From Alloascoidea hylecoeti (taxonomy: Eukaryota), in contig BCKZ01000021.1 in assembly GCA_001600815.1 (NCBI GenBank), positions 62,001 through 126,000 on the forward strand: a stretch of 64,000 nt of DNA, in the 5' to 3' direction. Below the pieces are notes generated by a model that was not told the DNA's origin, searched no databases, and was given only the letters and a program-made list of their open reading frames with translations. The number at the start of each line of letters is the position of its first letter. Position 1 is the first letter of the stretch. The position numbers and the translations under genes were made by a program. Positions 23,793 through 35,834 of this stretch are shown one piece after another.

Positions 23793-24639
23793 TATTAAAT
23801 CAGTATATAATAATTTGAATATAGTATATTAACTGATATTTATTGATATTTATTGATGTTTTTTTAATATTTTCTTTTGTTTTTATTTTCATATAATAGC
23901 TAGTGCGTGCTAATTACGTTTGAATACAAATTACATTTCAAATTTATTACAATAAATTATAATTAGTCAATACGTTCTATTAGCCTAGGCCTACATCTAC
24001 AATTGCAAGGTACTTTTATCTTCGAAGCTATGTGCATTGTGCATACTCCGTTTCCTAACAAATGGAGGTATCCACATACAAGGTAAATACTTCCAGCTAG
24101 CTGCTTCTATAATTAATGCTATGCAACAATTGAACTCCCTCAGAGATATGATTATATTTTGGAAGTATCCGTTTTCCAAAAAAATATGAAAAAAAAAAGG
24201 TTTTATGATTTCTTGTCATTTCATTCTCTGGTTGTATCAACAAATATTTGGTCTTTTATTTAGGGACCTTATCAAATACCACGTTCAAAAAAACCTGTGA
24301 GTGAAGGCATGTGCAACATGTGCACATTTAAAAATTTCACACATTGAACAACTTATAATTAGTTTCGATATTCATATTGAAACAATACTCTTTGCTGAGC
24401 TTGTAAAGTTCAACCTCGACAACAATTGTCAACAATACCCCCAAATCCCCGCTCCTGTTACTTTAGCATAAGAATGATTCAAGGGTTAAAGAATGGATGT
24501 AGACGTAACGCCGTATGCACATTTATGACAAGTCTATGCATAGAAGCAATTTGTCACCGAAGAACTTCATCAAAAGATTCCTTAACGTTGATGTAGTTGG
24601 CATGTGATATTAGCGGTGGGTTTGTGATAGGAGATAATG

Positions 24640-25135
24640 AGTGAGACAACGCAAAAATAAATAATACTACTGGTACCATTTTGTTTGGACTTTAATTGTA
24701 TAATCAGTTGAGAAAATTCTTTACTGGTGTTCTAAAAAAAATATGCAAATTGTAGTACATATTTTGAAGACGTATTAAATGGAATACAAATCTAGCAGTG
24801 ATGAAGCAAACTATCTATATAAGCCCAGTTTTTATGCTCAAGTTAGGTTAAAAATCAGTTTAACAGTGTTTTAATTGGCTGACCAGTTATTAAGAACTGA
24901 AAAATAAAATTGTTGCGATTTGATTAACCACGCTTGAAGTATTGGACACATGCATGGTAGTGTATCTTGGAACAACCCACAACTATTAATTATAAGAGCA
25001 GATTACATTTCAAACGGATAATGCCCCGTAGGGGCAGCACGTGGCGCACACACGCGCTACCGCGTCGGGTAAATAGGTCTACCCTAAATTCTATGAAAAA
25101 ATACGTGGATCCTAAAAGGGTGAAATCCTAAGTGT
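24640..25135 (+). other. Probable NUMT: 5' fragment of a mitochondrial group IIA intron
   Basis: Ordered blocks GTTAGGTTAA (24842-24851), GATTTGATTAACCACGCTTGAAGTATTGG (24917-24945) and AAATACGTGGATCCTAAAAGGGTGAAATCCTAAG (~25098-25132) resemble, from memory, yeast cox1 aI1/aI2 domains I-III. GC hairpins lie at 25023-25084. No domain V seen; boundaries are approximate. Confidence 0.5.
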
Positions 25136-25452
25136 ATGACCATGTACTGTTTTTCCTGTGGCTTAATCTACATATTATTACATTAATATTGTTTCAATGG
25201 ATTAGAAAACCTTTAAGATGACATGCCATGAATCTATGATCATTCAATTGGTTTAATACTAATATTTAAAGTATGATATCAATGCCAATTGTATTTCCAT
25301 TATGATAAGTTTAAGTTAAGTCTATGATGATAGATATAACTTATAAACTTCTACTATTTAGAATGTTAATTATCCAATAATAATATGTACAAATCTGGAT
25401 AAAATAGAAGCATAAGTAATAAGTGTAATACAATTAAAATGCTCTTTTTGAT

Positions 25453-26985
25453 TTAATGTTTTAATTTCGAACCGACGATATCTTGGAATAACTTTTTACT
25501 TGGCACTTTTGCTTTTAAATTTGAACAAAGTAATATTGCACCAGATATTTTTCTGTGTACGCTGTAAGTTTCTTCAGGAGGTGCAATTAATCTTTCAGTA
25601 AGTACCACAGTGTAAAGCTGAGCAATTCGATCAACAATGGTCTGATTAGTGAAATCAAACAACTCCCCTTCGTTGGCAGTACTAAATGGTTCACATAAAA
25701 TATATAGTGATTCAATGTGAGCATCTACCATTTTTGATGGTTCGGACCCATTTAGATATCCCAACTTGATTGAAATTTCCTTACATTTCTCATAGTCTTT
25801 ACTGCTTGCTGCTCTGAGAAGATCAAGATAATTAGAAATGAAATTATTATCTAACTCACGCCCAGATCCAAAATCTAAGAGCTCTATCGTCTTGGTGCTC
25901 TCATTATATAAGAAATTTGACCAGTTTGGATCAGTTTGCATAAGTTTATAGTCAGCAAGTTCTTTTAAACAAAGTCTCAAAATATGTGTGGCGATCCAAT
26001 TTCTAGTCTCCTGATCCCACGTCCCTCTGGCAATCTCAACTCCCTTCATTAATTGCATTGTTAATATTTTATCTGATGATAACTCATGAACTACTTTCGG
26101 GACAGTAAAAATTTCCTCTTCATCATCTTTTAAAACTTTCAAAAATCTTTCCAACTGTTGAGCTTCACGAATATAATCACATTCCCTTTTTAATTCTATC
26201 CGTGCCGCTTCAATTGTCTCCTCCAAAAATATATTATTAGGAAGTAAACGTGTGTATTCTAATAAGGTTTCTAATGAAGTTAAGTCCGAATCAATAGAAT
26301 CAACTACACCTGGGTACTGTACTTTTACCACCACTTGTTTGTAATCCCTTGTGACTGCTTTATGTACTTGCCCAATTGATCCCGCTGCCATTGGTATATC
26401 CTCAAATGAAGCAAAATATTTACGTTTCCATTCTGTTCCAAATTCAGTTCTCATCACTTCATCCAACTGATCTGCAGGCATGTAATTAGCATTATTCTGT
26501 ACTTTGTGAAGAATTTGTTTAATTTCTGATGAAATTATTTTATTATCCAAAAAGGATAGTTGTTGTCCAATTTTTAAAGCGACACCTCTCATTTTAACTA
26601 AACTGGTTGATATCCTTTCAATATTTTTCGGCGTTAAAATTAAAGACATTTTGGAGATTGCATTTGAATTTTTATCAAGTACTTTTGTTTTTAAATATTC
26701 TTTGGCAGTACCAGACCCAACACCAATTGCTAACAAAGCGTAATTGAACCATCGAGAAGTTTTTGTCGATGGAACAGATGAGCTTTCCAATGAATATAGT
26801 GGGGGTCTAACTTCTCCAATGGTTTTAAATGTCGTATCATTATTTTTATTACATTTAGTTGAATAAGTTTTAATAGCCGATATAGCAGCATTACTACCTG
26901 TAGAAATACGAGTCTTTAGTCCAGCTTTGGATACTAATTTTGAAGACGATAAAATATTCCGACTACTTAAGATTTTTAGTGACAT
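25453..26985 (-). CDS. COQ8: Coq8/ABC1 (UbiB family) atypical kinase
   Basis: Presequence from ATG 26985; MRGVALKIGQ (KxGQ), AAGSIGQV, VKVQYPG, QTDPNWSN, DFG and PPEETYS.HRK. Confidence 0.88.
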   Translation of the reverse strand: MSLKILSSRNILSSSKLVSKAGLKTRISTGSNAAISAIKTYSTKCNKNNDTTFKTIGEVRPPLYSLESSSVPSTKTSRWFNYALLAIGVGSGTAKEYLKTKVLDKNSNAISKMSLILTPKNIERISTSLVKMRGVALKIGQQLSFLDNKIISSEIKQILHKVQNNANYMPADQLDEVMRTEFGTEWKRKYFASFEDIPMAAGSIGQVHKAVTRDYKQVVVKVQYPGVVDSIDSDLTSLETLLEYTRLLPNNIFLEETIEAARIELKRECDYIREAQQLERFLKVLKDDEEEIFTVPKVVHELSSDKILTMQLMKGVEIARGTWDQETRNWIATHILRLCLKELADYKLMQTDPNWSNFLYNESTKTIELLDFGSGRELDNNFISNYLDLLRAASSKDYEKCKEISIKLGYLNGSEPSKMVDAHIESLYILCEPFSTANEGELFDFTNQTIVDRIAQLYTVVLTERLIAPPEETYSVHRKISGAILLCSNLKAKVPSKKLFQDIVGSKLKH

Positions 26986-27124
26986 GTCTAAATTGATACT
27001 TTTTCTATTTTTTTGACAAAACGTTAATTCGCATTGGCTCTTCTCTATGCTCTGTTCTGACAATTACCATAATATTAAACAAGCGTATATTTCAGCATTA
27101 GTAACTGATTTTTTTTTCCATGTC

Positions 27125-27135
27125 TGAATTTTTCA
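27125..27135. promoter_or_regulatory. RRPE-like element upstream of PRP43
   Basis: TGAATTTTTCA (reverse complement TGAAAAATTCA) ~35 bp before a ribosome-biogenesis helicase gene. Imperfect match in AT-rich DNA. Confidence 0.3.
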
Positions 27136-27162
27136 ACAGATTTCTTGAAATTTAGTATATAA

Positions 27163-29457
<2,295 letters not shown>

Positions 29458-29719
29458 TTATATAGAGAAACGTACATATGGCAATTAATAAAATAGACAT
29501 TAAACTTAGCTATTACCTTTGTAATTGGTACCAAATGCGTATACTGTAAAGCTATAAATAGACCCATAAGTAAGATTGAAGACATGTAGAAACAAACATC
29601 AAGAGTGTTTATTTACAAATAACATATAAAAGTGGTCTTTTAAATTTACTACTTTTAATACTTTTACGAGTTTTATGATTTTGTGTGAATAATCTATATT
29701 TTATATTCAAAATTTGTAT

Positions 29720-32671
29720 TTATGCTAATCCGAATCCTTCGCAATTCTCCATTGCAACTTGTAGCATATGTTGTAATTTGGATCTTGATTTGTAATCTGG
29801 TAGTAACAAAACCCCAAAACAAGTAGATGCTGTTGGCAAATGATCAAGCCCGATATCAACTTTCTGAATAGTTAACATCATATTGTCATATCCACTAATA
29901 TGAACTCTTGAAGTTCCTGTGATAAACTGTACCAAGCGATGAAGTTGTGGTTGATTGAAACGAGAAACAATGGACCAAAAATAGACAACTGTGGTGTCTG
30001 ATTGTTTATAACCATTATATCTTGTAACTCTTCTAAGTTCAGACACATCAATATGACTTTGACCTTCAACGAGCGTTTTAAATTCTGTAGGTGAAAATAA
30101 TCTTAAGACACTTTTATCAATAAAATACGAAATACCTTCAATAAATGATTTAATTTTATCCGCTGTGCGATGATAAAGCATTTCATTTGTATAATTTCTA
30201 ATGTAGTAATTAAACATCTCAAATTTACGATTTTTTGATAGCTCCCGCCAATTATCCGAGTTAACATCTGAATAAGCTTCTGTCGTAAATGGCTTCGTTA
30301 CATACTTTTTATTTTGTTTATATGAGGTTTTATTTTTTTGTTGCCCAAAAGCGTCAGTATTTGCAGATGTACCTATTGCTTGATTATTTTGATTTTTAGT
30401 CTTATTTTCATTTTTATTATTGTTATTGTTATTGTTATTGTTATTGTTATTCTTGGAATCCTCAATCTTTGTAAAAGTGATTTGTTCGTAAGTATATTCA
30501 AAGTCAAAATCTGAGCCAAAATCAGGTAATTCAATTCCTTTTGAAAAAACATCCTTTTCGGCAGACTCTATTATTGCCTCTTTACTCATTGATTCTAAAA
30601 GTAATTTTTTATAATGCTTTGAAATATTTGGATCCTCAAATGGTAAATTAAGTGAAAAATCTTTTTCTTGACTATTACGACCACTTAATGGATCCTTTGA
30701 TTCTTTTGTATGAATATAAACTAAATTTGAAATATCATTAACCTTCATCCAACTTGTTACAATTTCAGGATATAATTCAATGGCATGTAAACCACATAAA
30801 AAAGTATCTTTATCTGAGATGGAAGTACTTAGTTCACCATATAAAATAAGATAAAATAAAACAGGAAGATTAATGGGGAATGGACAACCATTATAAGCCG
30901 CCATTCCAAAAATCAAGCCTAACAGATAATAATCATATGTGGTTGAAGGATGATCACTAAAATGTCTATTAAACCAACCATATCCAGTTTTCTTATTAGG
31001 TATAATAAATTTTGAAAATTTTGTGGATGGTGTATTATATAATTCACGAGATATGAGTTGGAATAATTCTAATTGTAAACCACCTTCATCTTGTCCCACT
31101 TCACCTGTATTTGAATTAAATTTAACACGCAATGGTTTTTTAATATACCCGGTTTGAATGGCATCTGTACTTTTTAAGAAACTCATTAGTTTTGGTAAAC
31201 AAGATTTTCTTGATTTGATAAGAATATCAAAATATCCTTCAAAATTAATTTGTAATGTTGGTGGTAATTTACTATAAACCGGAGAAAATGGACGAATTTC
31301 ACTTAATGAATAATCATTTATAATTGTATTTATAAGATCCTTTCTTGATAAAAAAGTTAACATTTTTCTCATACAAACATAAGTATAAAAACTTGATCTT
31401 GAAGTCATTGTAAATAAACCTGGGAATCTATTAATTAAAGAATCAGAATCCAATTGTGTCCAATTTTTTGTTATTTTTGAAAATTGAAATTTTTGAAGAA
31501 CTGATTCTGCATTTTTCCTTTCATCAGGTAATAAAAATGGAATCATGATTTCTAAACCTTGAAGATGCGGAGCATCTCCTTTCGGATATGAATCACTTCT
31601 ACCGCCCAAATATTCAGGTCCATGACTTGATAAAGAAATAACTTTACCAAGAGCTTCAGTTATTTCATTTAATCTTAATATTGGATAATTAACATTTTGA
31701 GGTGGGAGATCTCGAGTATCTCGTATTTGATAAATATAATCAGCCTTTCGTTTTAAGAAGCATATGTTTTTAAATAATGGTTCATAATTATTTAACGAAA
31801 TTCCTTTAAAATATTTTAAAAAATCAAATTGATTTATATCAATAATTCTTTTATATAATCTATCATCAGTTTTTAGAGTAGGAGAATTTTCAATCAAATT
31901 TATTGTCTTATCAACATAATAATTTGCTATATTAATCGCTGCATTAAAAGATAAATCAGTTAAAAAATTATGAAATTTATCAGATAATGATTTAATTAGT
32001 TGTGGGCAGTGTTTAATAAACTCTGAATGTATAATTACTGTATCATCAGTAAATGGAATACAACTACTCAAAAGAATAATTATGATGATAATACTTTGAA
32101 TAATAGCAGTTGGTGGTGTCTCATAACCTGCTTTTGCAGCAATTAAGTGTGGATCTAAGTTATTAAGATACCCAAGATCAACAAAATGTGTTGTAAGTGT
32201 TTGTGGAGGAAGTTCTAATAGATCTGAAGATAAATGGAAATACCAGATTATATCACCATTTTTAACCAATCTTTGTATTAATGATTTAAATTTTAAAAAT
32301 GGATTTAAAGCAGGCCAATCATGTAAAGAATGCATTTGATTCAAATGATGAGTAAATGGTTGTTTATGATACTCTTTATTACCTGGATCCCGTGAAGAGC
32401 CTTCATTCTGGTCCAATGATTTATCACTTAAATTTGTTGCCAGAATCTCGGAACTAGAAACTGGACGAGCACAGAGCTTTATATCCGAATATAAGGAGAC
32501 TAGCTGACAGGCTAATAACTTGGCTGTTGCTTTGGTGAAAGTTTTATTTCTTGTAAGATGAGATGTATTCGATTTGCAATATGGAGCAACACATTCTGGA
32601 TCACCACATCCAATTGTTATCTGATGAACATATGCAGATACGAGGGCTCGCGTGTCAAACTTTGATGCCAT
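29720..32671 (-). CDS. HECT E3 ubiquitin ligase with N-terminal AZUL-like Zn motif
   Basis: N-terminal YVHQITIGCGDPECVAPYCKS. C-terminal HECT: GEVGQDEGGLQLELF, VQFITGTSRV, LPTASTCF (catalytic Cys) and EGFGLA*. ATG at 32671. Confidence 0.82.
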   Translation of the reverse strand: MASKFDTRALVSAYVHQITIGCGDPECVAPYCKSNTSHLTRNKTFTKATAKLLACQLVSLYSDIKLCARPVSSSEILATNLSDKSLDQNEGSSRDPGNKEYHKQPFTHHLNQMHSLHDWPALNPFLKFKSLIQRLVKNGDIIWYFHLSSDLLELPPQTLTTHFVDLGYLNNLDPHLIAAKAGYETPPTAIIQSIIIIIILLSSCIPFTDDTVIIHSEFIKHCPQLIKSLSDKFHNFLTDLSFNAAINIANYYVDKTINLIENSPTLKTDDRLYKRIIDINQFDFLKYFKGISLNNYEPLFKNICFLKRKADYIYQIRDTRDLPPQNVNYPILRLNEITEALGKVISLSSHGPEYLGGRSDSYPKGDAPHLQGLEIMIPFLLPDERKNAESVLQKFQFSKITKNWTQLDSDSLINRFPGLFTMTSRSSFYTYVCMRKMLTFLSRKDLINTIINDYSLSEIRPFSPVYSKLPPTLQINFEGYFDILIKSRKSCLPKLMSFLKSTDAIQTGYIKKPLRVKFNSNTGEVGQDEGGLQLELFQLISRELYNTPSTKFSKFIIPNKKTGYGWFNRHFSDHPSTTYDYYLLGLIFGMAAYNGCPFPINLPVLFYLILYGELSTSISDKDTFLCGLHAIELYPEIVTSWMKVNDISNLVYIHTKESKDPLSGRNSQEKDFSLNLPFEDPNISKHYKKLLLESMSKEAIIESAEKDVFSKGIELPDFGSDFDFEYTYEQITFTKIEDSKNNNNNNNNNNNNKNENKTKNQNNQAIGTSANTDAFGQQKNKTSYKQNKKYVTKPFTTEAYSDVNSDNWRELSKNRKFEMFNYYIRNYTNEMLYHRTADKIKSFIEGISYFIDKSVLRLFSPTEFKTLVEGQSHIDVSELRRVTRYNGYKQSDTTVVYFWSIVSRFNQPQLHRLVQFITGTSRVHISGYDNMMLTIQKVDIGLDHLPTASTCFGVLLLPDYKSRSKLQHMLQVAMENCEGFGLA

Positions 32672-32875
32672 TGGAAACGCAAATGTTATCAAAAAAGAGG
32701 TTTGAATCGAATCATTATGTCATCATTTACATAATTTCATTACGTCAGCAATTACATAATATATTTGTTTGTACTTTTTCCAGATTCTTCCATAAGCAAT
32801 TGCAAAATTAACGGTATAAAACCTCTTTCTCCTCTTTTTTTCCGAAATAAGATCTTAGTTTTATATTTTTTTACG

Positions 32876-33943
32876 ATGGTTGTACAAAATCCTAATAACT
32901 GGTGAGTTTTTTACTATCAAGCTAAGTTAATTAAGAGTCTATAGCTAATTATTCTATTTTATATATAAAGGCATTGGGTTGATAAAAACTGTATTGAATG
33001 GTCTCGTCAATACTTCAAAGACAAATTAACCAATTTGAAAGCCACATCGGATGATGGTACAACCACATCATTTATCGATAGTGTTACAAGTGTAGAAGGA
33101 GATTGTGATGTTTGTCAAAGAAAAGGGAAAGTAATTTGTTTATTTGATCTTCGTTTGGTTCTTTCAGTTACTGGATCTATAACTGATTCTGAAGGTAAAA
33201 AAACTGATGCTAAAGGTACAATTACAATTCCTGAAGTTGCTTATGATAGTGAAGAATCGGATTATCAATTTGATATCTCAATTTTTAGTGAAAATAATAG
33301 TAATAGTAATCTTAGAACAGTTACTAGAGAGAAGTTGCTTCCTTTATTAAGGAAACAGCTAGGTGTTTTTGGTAAGGATTTAATTACTACACATGGTAAT
33401 GATATTCAACATCCTCCAACTGAAGTAAAATCCAAATTTACATTATCACAGCAGGTTCAAAGTACATCACAATCTACCGAAGCACATTCACAATCAAAAT
33501 CATTTAAATCAAAATCTGATGAACCATCTACGGTTTTGTATAATACGTCAACTTTACATTTGGAGTATGATTTCGGTACTTCCGGTGAAGAACTTTATAA
33601 AACATTATTGGAACCTCCAAGAGTTGCAGCATGGACAAGATCTCAACCAAACATTCAACCTACTGAAGGCGGATCATTTTCATTATTTGGTGGTAATATT
33701 GAAGGTAAAATAAATAAATTAGTTCCTAATGAAAAGATCGATATGTTATGGAGACTTCGAGATTGGAAATCAGGGCATTATGCTAACTTGAATTTAAGTT
33801 TGCATCAAGGTTCTTCAGATACTAAATTAGAAGTATTTTGGAAAGGTATTCCAATTGGTCAAGAAGAGTCTACTCAGAACAATTTTGAAGAATATTATGT
33901 AAAGGCAATTAAATTGACTTTTGGATATGGAGCTGTTCTTTAG
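32876..33943 (+). CDS. AHA1: Hsp90 ATPase activator Aha1, 2 exons (32876-32901, 32971-33943)
   Basis: The spliced N-terminus is MVVQNPNNWHWVDKNC (intron GTGAGT..GCTAAT..AAG). Also QRKGKVICLFD and C-terminal IKLTFGYGAVL. Confidence 0.95.
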
Positions 33944-34123
33944 TTTATTATTAGTATTAATAGTATAGACGAAAATAGATGAATAGAAATGAATACTAAT
34001 ATTAAATATATATTGATCATGTAATTGAAATTGGAATTGGAATTGGAATTGAGATTGTAAACACTTAAGTTTAAACAGTTTTATGTATATTTATGATAAA
34101 TCTATAGTTTGCCGTTGAAAAGC

Positions 34124-34994
34124 TTAAGCAAGAAATCTTTTTTCAGCTTCTTTCCAATTGATAACATTCCAAATAGCTTTGAAATAATCAACTTTAACAT
34201 TTTGATATTGTAAATAATAAGCATGTTCCCAAGCATCAATACCAATAAGAGGAATATAAGGGCCTAAAACAGGATCTTGATTATATTTAGTAATAACTTC
34301 AATTGCACCATTTTCCTTATTTTTAACAATCCAAGCCCAACCAGAACCTTGAATTCCAGCTAATTTTGCATTAGTAGCAGCAATTAATTTATCAGCAGAT
34401 CCATAATATTGATCAATTGCTTTACCTAATTCGGAAGTGGAAGAAGGAAGTTCACCACCACCTTGTGATTGAGGAGCTAAGTTTTTCCAAAAAAGGGAAT
34501 GGTTAATATGGCCACCACCATGGAAATTAATATTTTGTTGTAGAGCAACAATAGCTTTAGTGTCTTCTTTTTCCTTTGCTTCTGCTAATTGTTCAATAGT
34601 AGTGTTGATACCATTAACATAGGTTTGATGATGCTTTTTGTGATGGATCTAGAATTATAATCGGTAATTAGTAATTATTCGGATATCGGGATTGATTTTC
34701 GCGGGGGAGGAGGTTACAACCGTTATCCCCATTCGCTAAATTTGAAATTGCAATTGGAAATTCGCAATTGGAAATTCGCAATTGGAAAATGACAATACGC
34801 CATCACGGCCAATCAAAACAATTAGAAGGACTTACTTCGTTAATTTGGCCGGAAATAAAAGGTTCCAAAGCACCATAATCCCATTCAAGGTCCGGGAGAG
34901 TGACCTTGGTGCGGGCGAAAGTTGTGATTCCGACAGCATTGCCGGATCTGGTGGATCTCAATGCAGTTTTCGAGAAAGTAGACACAAAAGACAT
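34124..34994 (-). CDS. SOD2: Mitochondrial Mn superoxide dismutase, 2 exons (34994-34836, 34648-34124)
   Basis: Presequence + [24 protein letters not shown] | [44 protein letters not shown]. Intron is GTAAGT..TACTAAT..TAG. Confidence 0.95.
34750..34788. repeat. 14-bp tandem repeat (GCAATTGGAAATTC, ~2.8 copies) in the SOD2 intron
   Basis: Read directly from the sequence. Confidence 0.85.
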
Positions 34995-35071
34995 AGTAGC
35001 AAATTGAGAGGATGGAGAAGAAGTCATCCAATGCCGTTGAATCTTAAATACTCTGGTAGGTTGACGGATGG

Positions 35072-35098
35072 CCGGGTAACGGTCCGTGGGCCGGGTAA
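35072..35098 (+). promoter_or_regulatory. Twin Reb1-type sites in the SOD2/DPM2 divergent promoter
   Basis: GGCCGGGTAAC occurs twice (cores 35072-35079 and 35091-35098) in a ~180 bp head-to-head gap. Confidence 0.6.
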
Positions 35099-35173
35099 CC
35101 CCCTGCTACAAGATAGAAGCTTCGACACGCTGTTCAACACCATCCAGCATTGAAAAATCTACAGACTGATAAA

Positions 35174-35557
35174 ATGGTAAGTGCACAGTTACAGCTGCAA
35201 ATCTGCCGGGAACCGCGACTAACGCCAGTTCACAGGCACTCGATCAATTAATAGGGCTAGGCATGGTTGCGGTCGCAGCCGTTGTGTTTTTGTACTACTC
35301 GGCCTGGGTCTTTGTGGTGGTAAGTATTGCACAACTGATGGGTTGCAATTGACTACGGTACTAACGCACTAATACAGCCCTTTGTGGATGAAAGCTGCCC
35401 ACTGAAAGCCCTGTTTCTCCCCAGAGAGTTTGCTATTTATATACCCGTGGCCCTGGTCCTGGCTGCTGCGGTGTTTGTGGGGGCCTTCGTCGGGTCTGTG
35501 CTGATAAAGTCGAGTAAAGAAAAGGCCAGGAAGCTCAAAGCAGCTAAGTCCAGTTAA
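35174..35557 (+). CDS. DPM2: Dolichol-phosphate mannosyltransferase regulatory subunit Dpm2, 3 exons (35174-35176, 35236-35319, 35378-35557), 88 aa
   Basis: ATG|GTAAGT..GACTAAC..CAG and GTAAGT..TACTAAC..CAG. Protein: MALDQLIGLGMVAVAAVVFLYYSAWVFVVPFVDESCPLKALFLPREFAIYIPVALVLAAAVFVGAFVGSVLIKSSKEKARKLKAAKSS. Absent from the ORF track. Confidence 0.92.
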
Positions 35558-35568
35558 GCAGGCAGGCA

Positions 35569-35589
35569 GGTGGTGTGGTGTGTGGGTGT
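35569..35589 (+). promoter_or_regulatory. TG1-3-like tract containing a Rap1-type site (GGTGTGTGGGTGT)
   Basis: GGTGGTGTGGTGTGTGGGTGT between the DPM2 stop and the PKH start. Confidence 0.35.
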
Positions 35590-35834
35590 TCCCCGCATGA
35601 TATTGCTGAACTAGTAAAAATAAAAAACTAAGTAAAACCGAAAAATAATAATACATCTCCTTTTCTTCTTTTCTTCTTCTCTTTGTTTCTGGTTGAACTC
35701 TACTATTTCCATCGTACTTTACTGGTTCTCAGGAATATTTAAGCAATTCTTCATCCTCAATTCTGTAATCGGGCTGGAACCAATTGTAATCTTTATATCT
35801 AAATCAAGTCTCGAGTCTCAAGTATCAAGTCTCA

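Noticed and set aside
32778..32790. HSE-like TTC-CA-GAT-TC-TTC upstream of AHA1
   Set aside because: Plausible for an Hsp90 co-chaperone, but the central unit is mismatched and the motif is too short to support.
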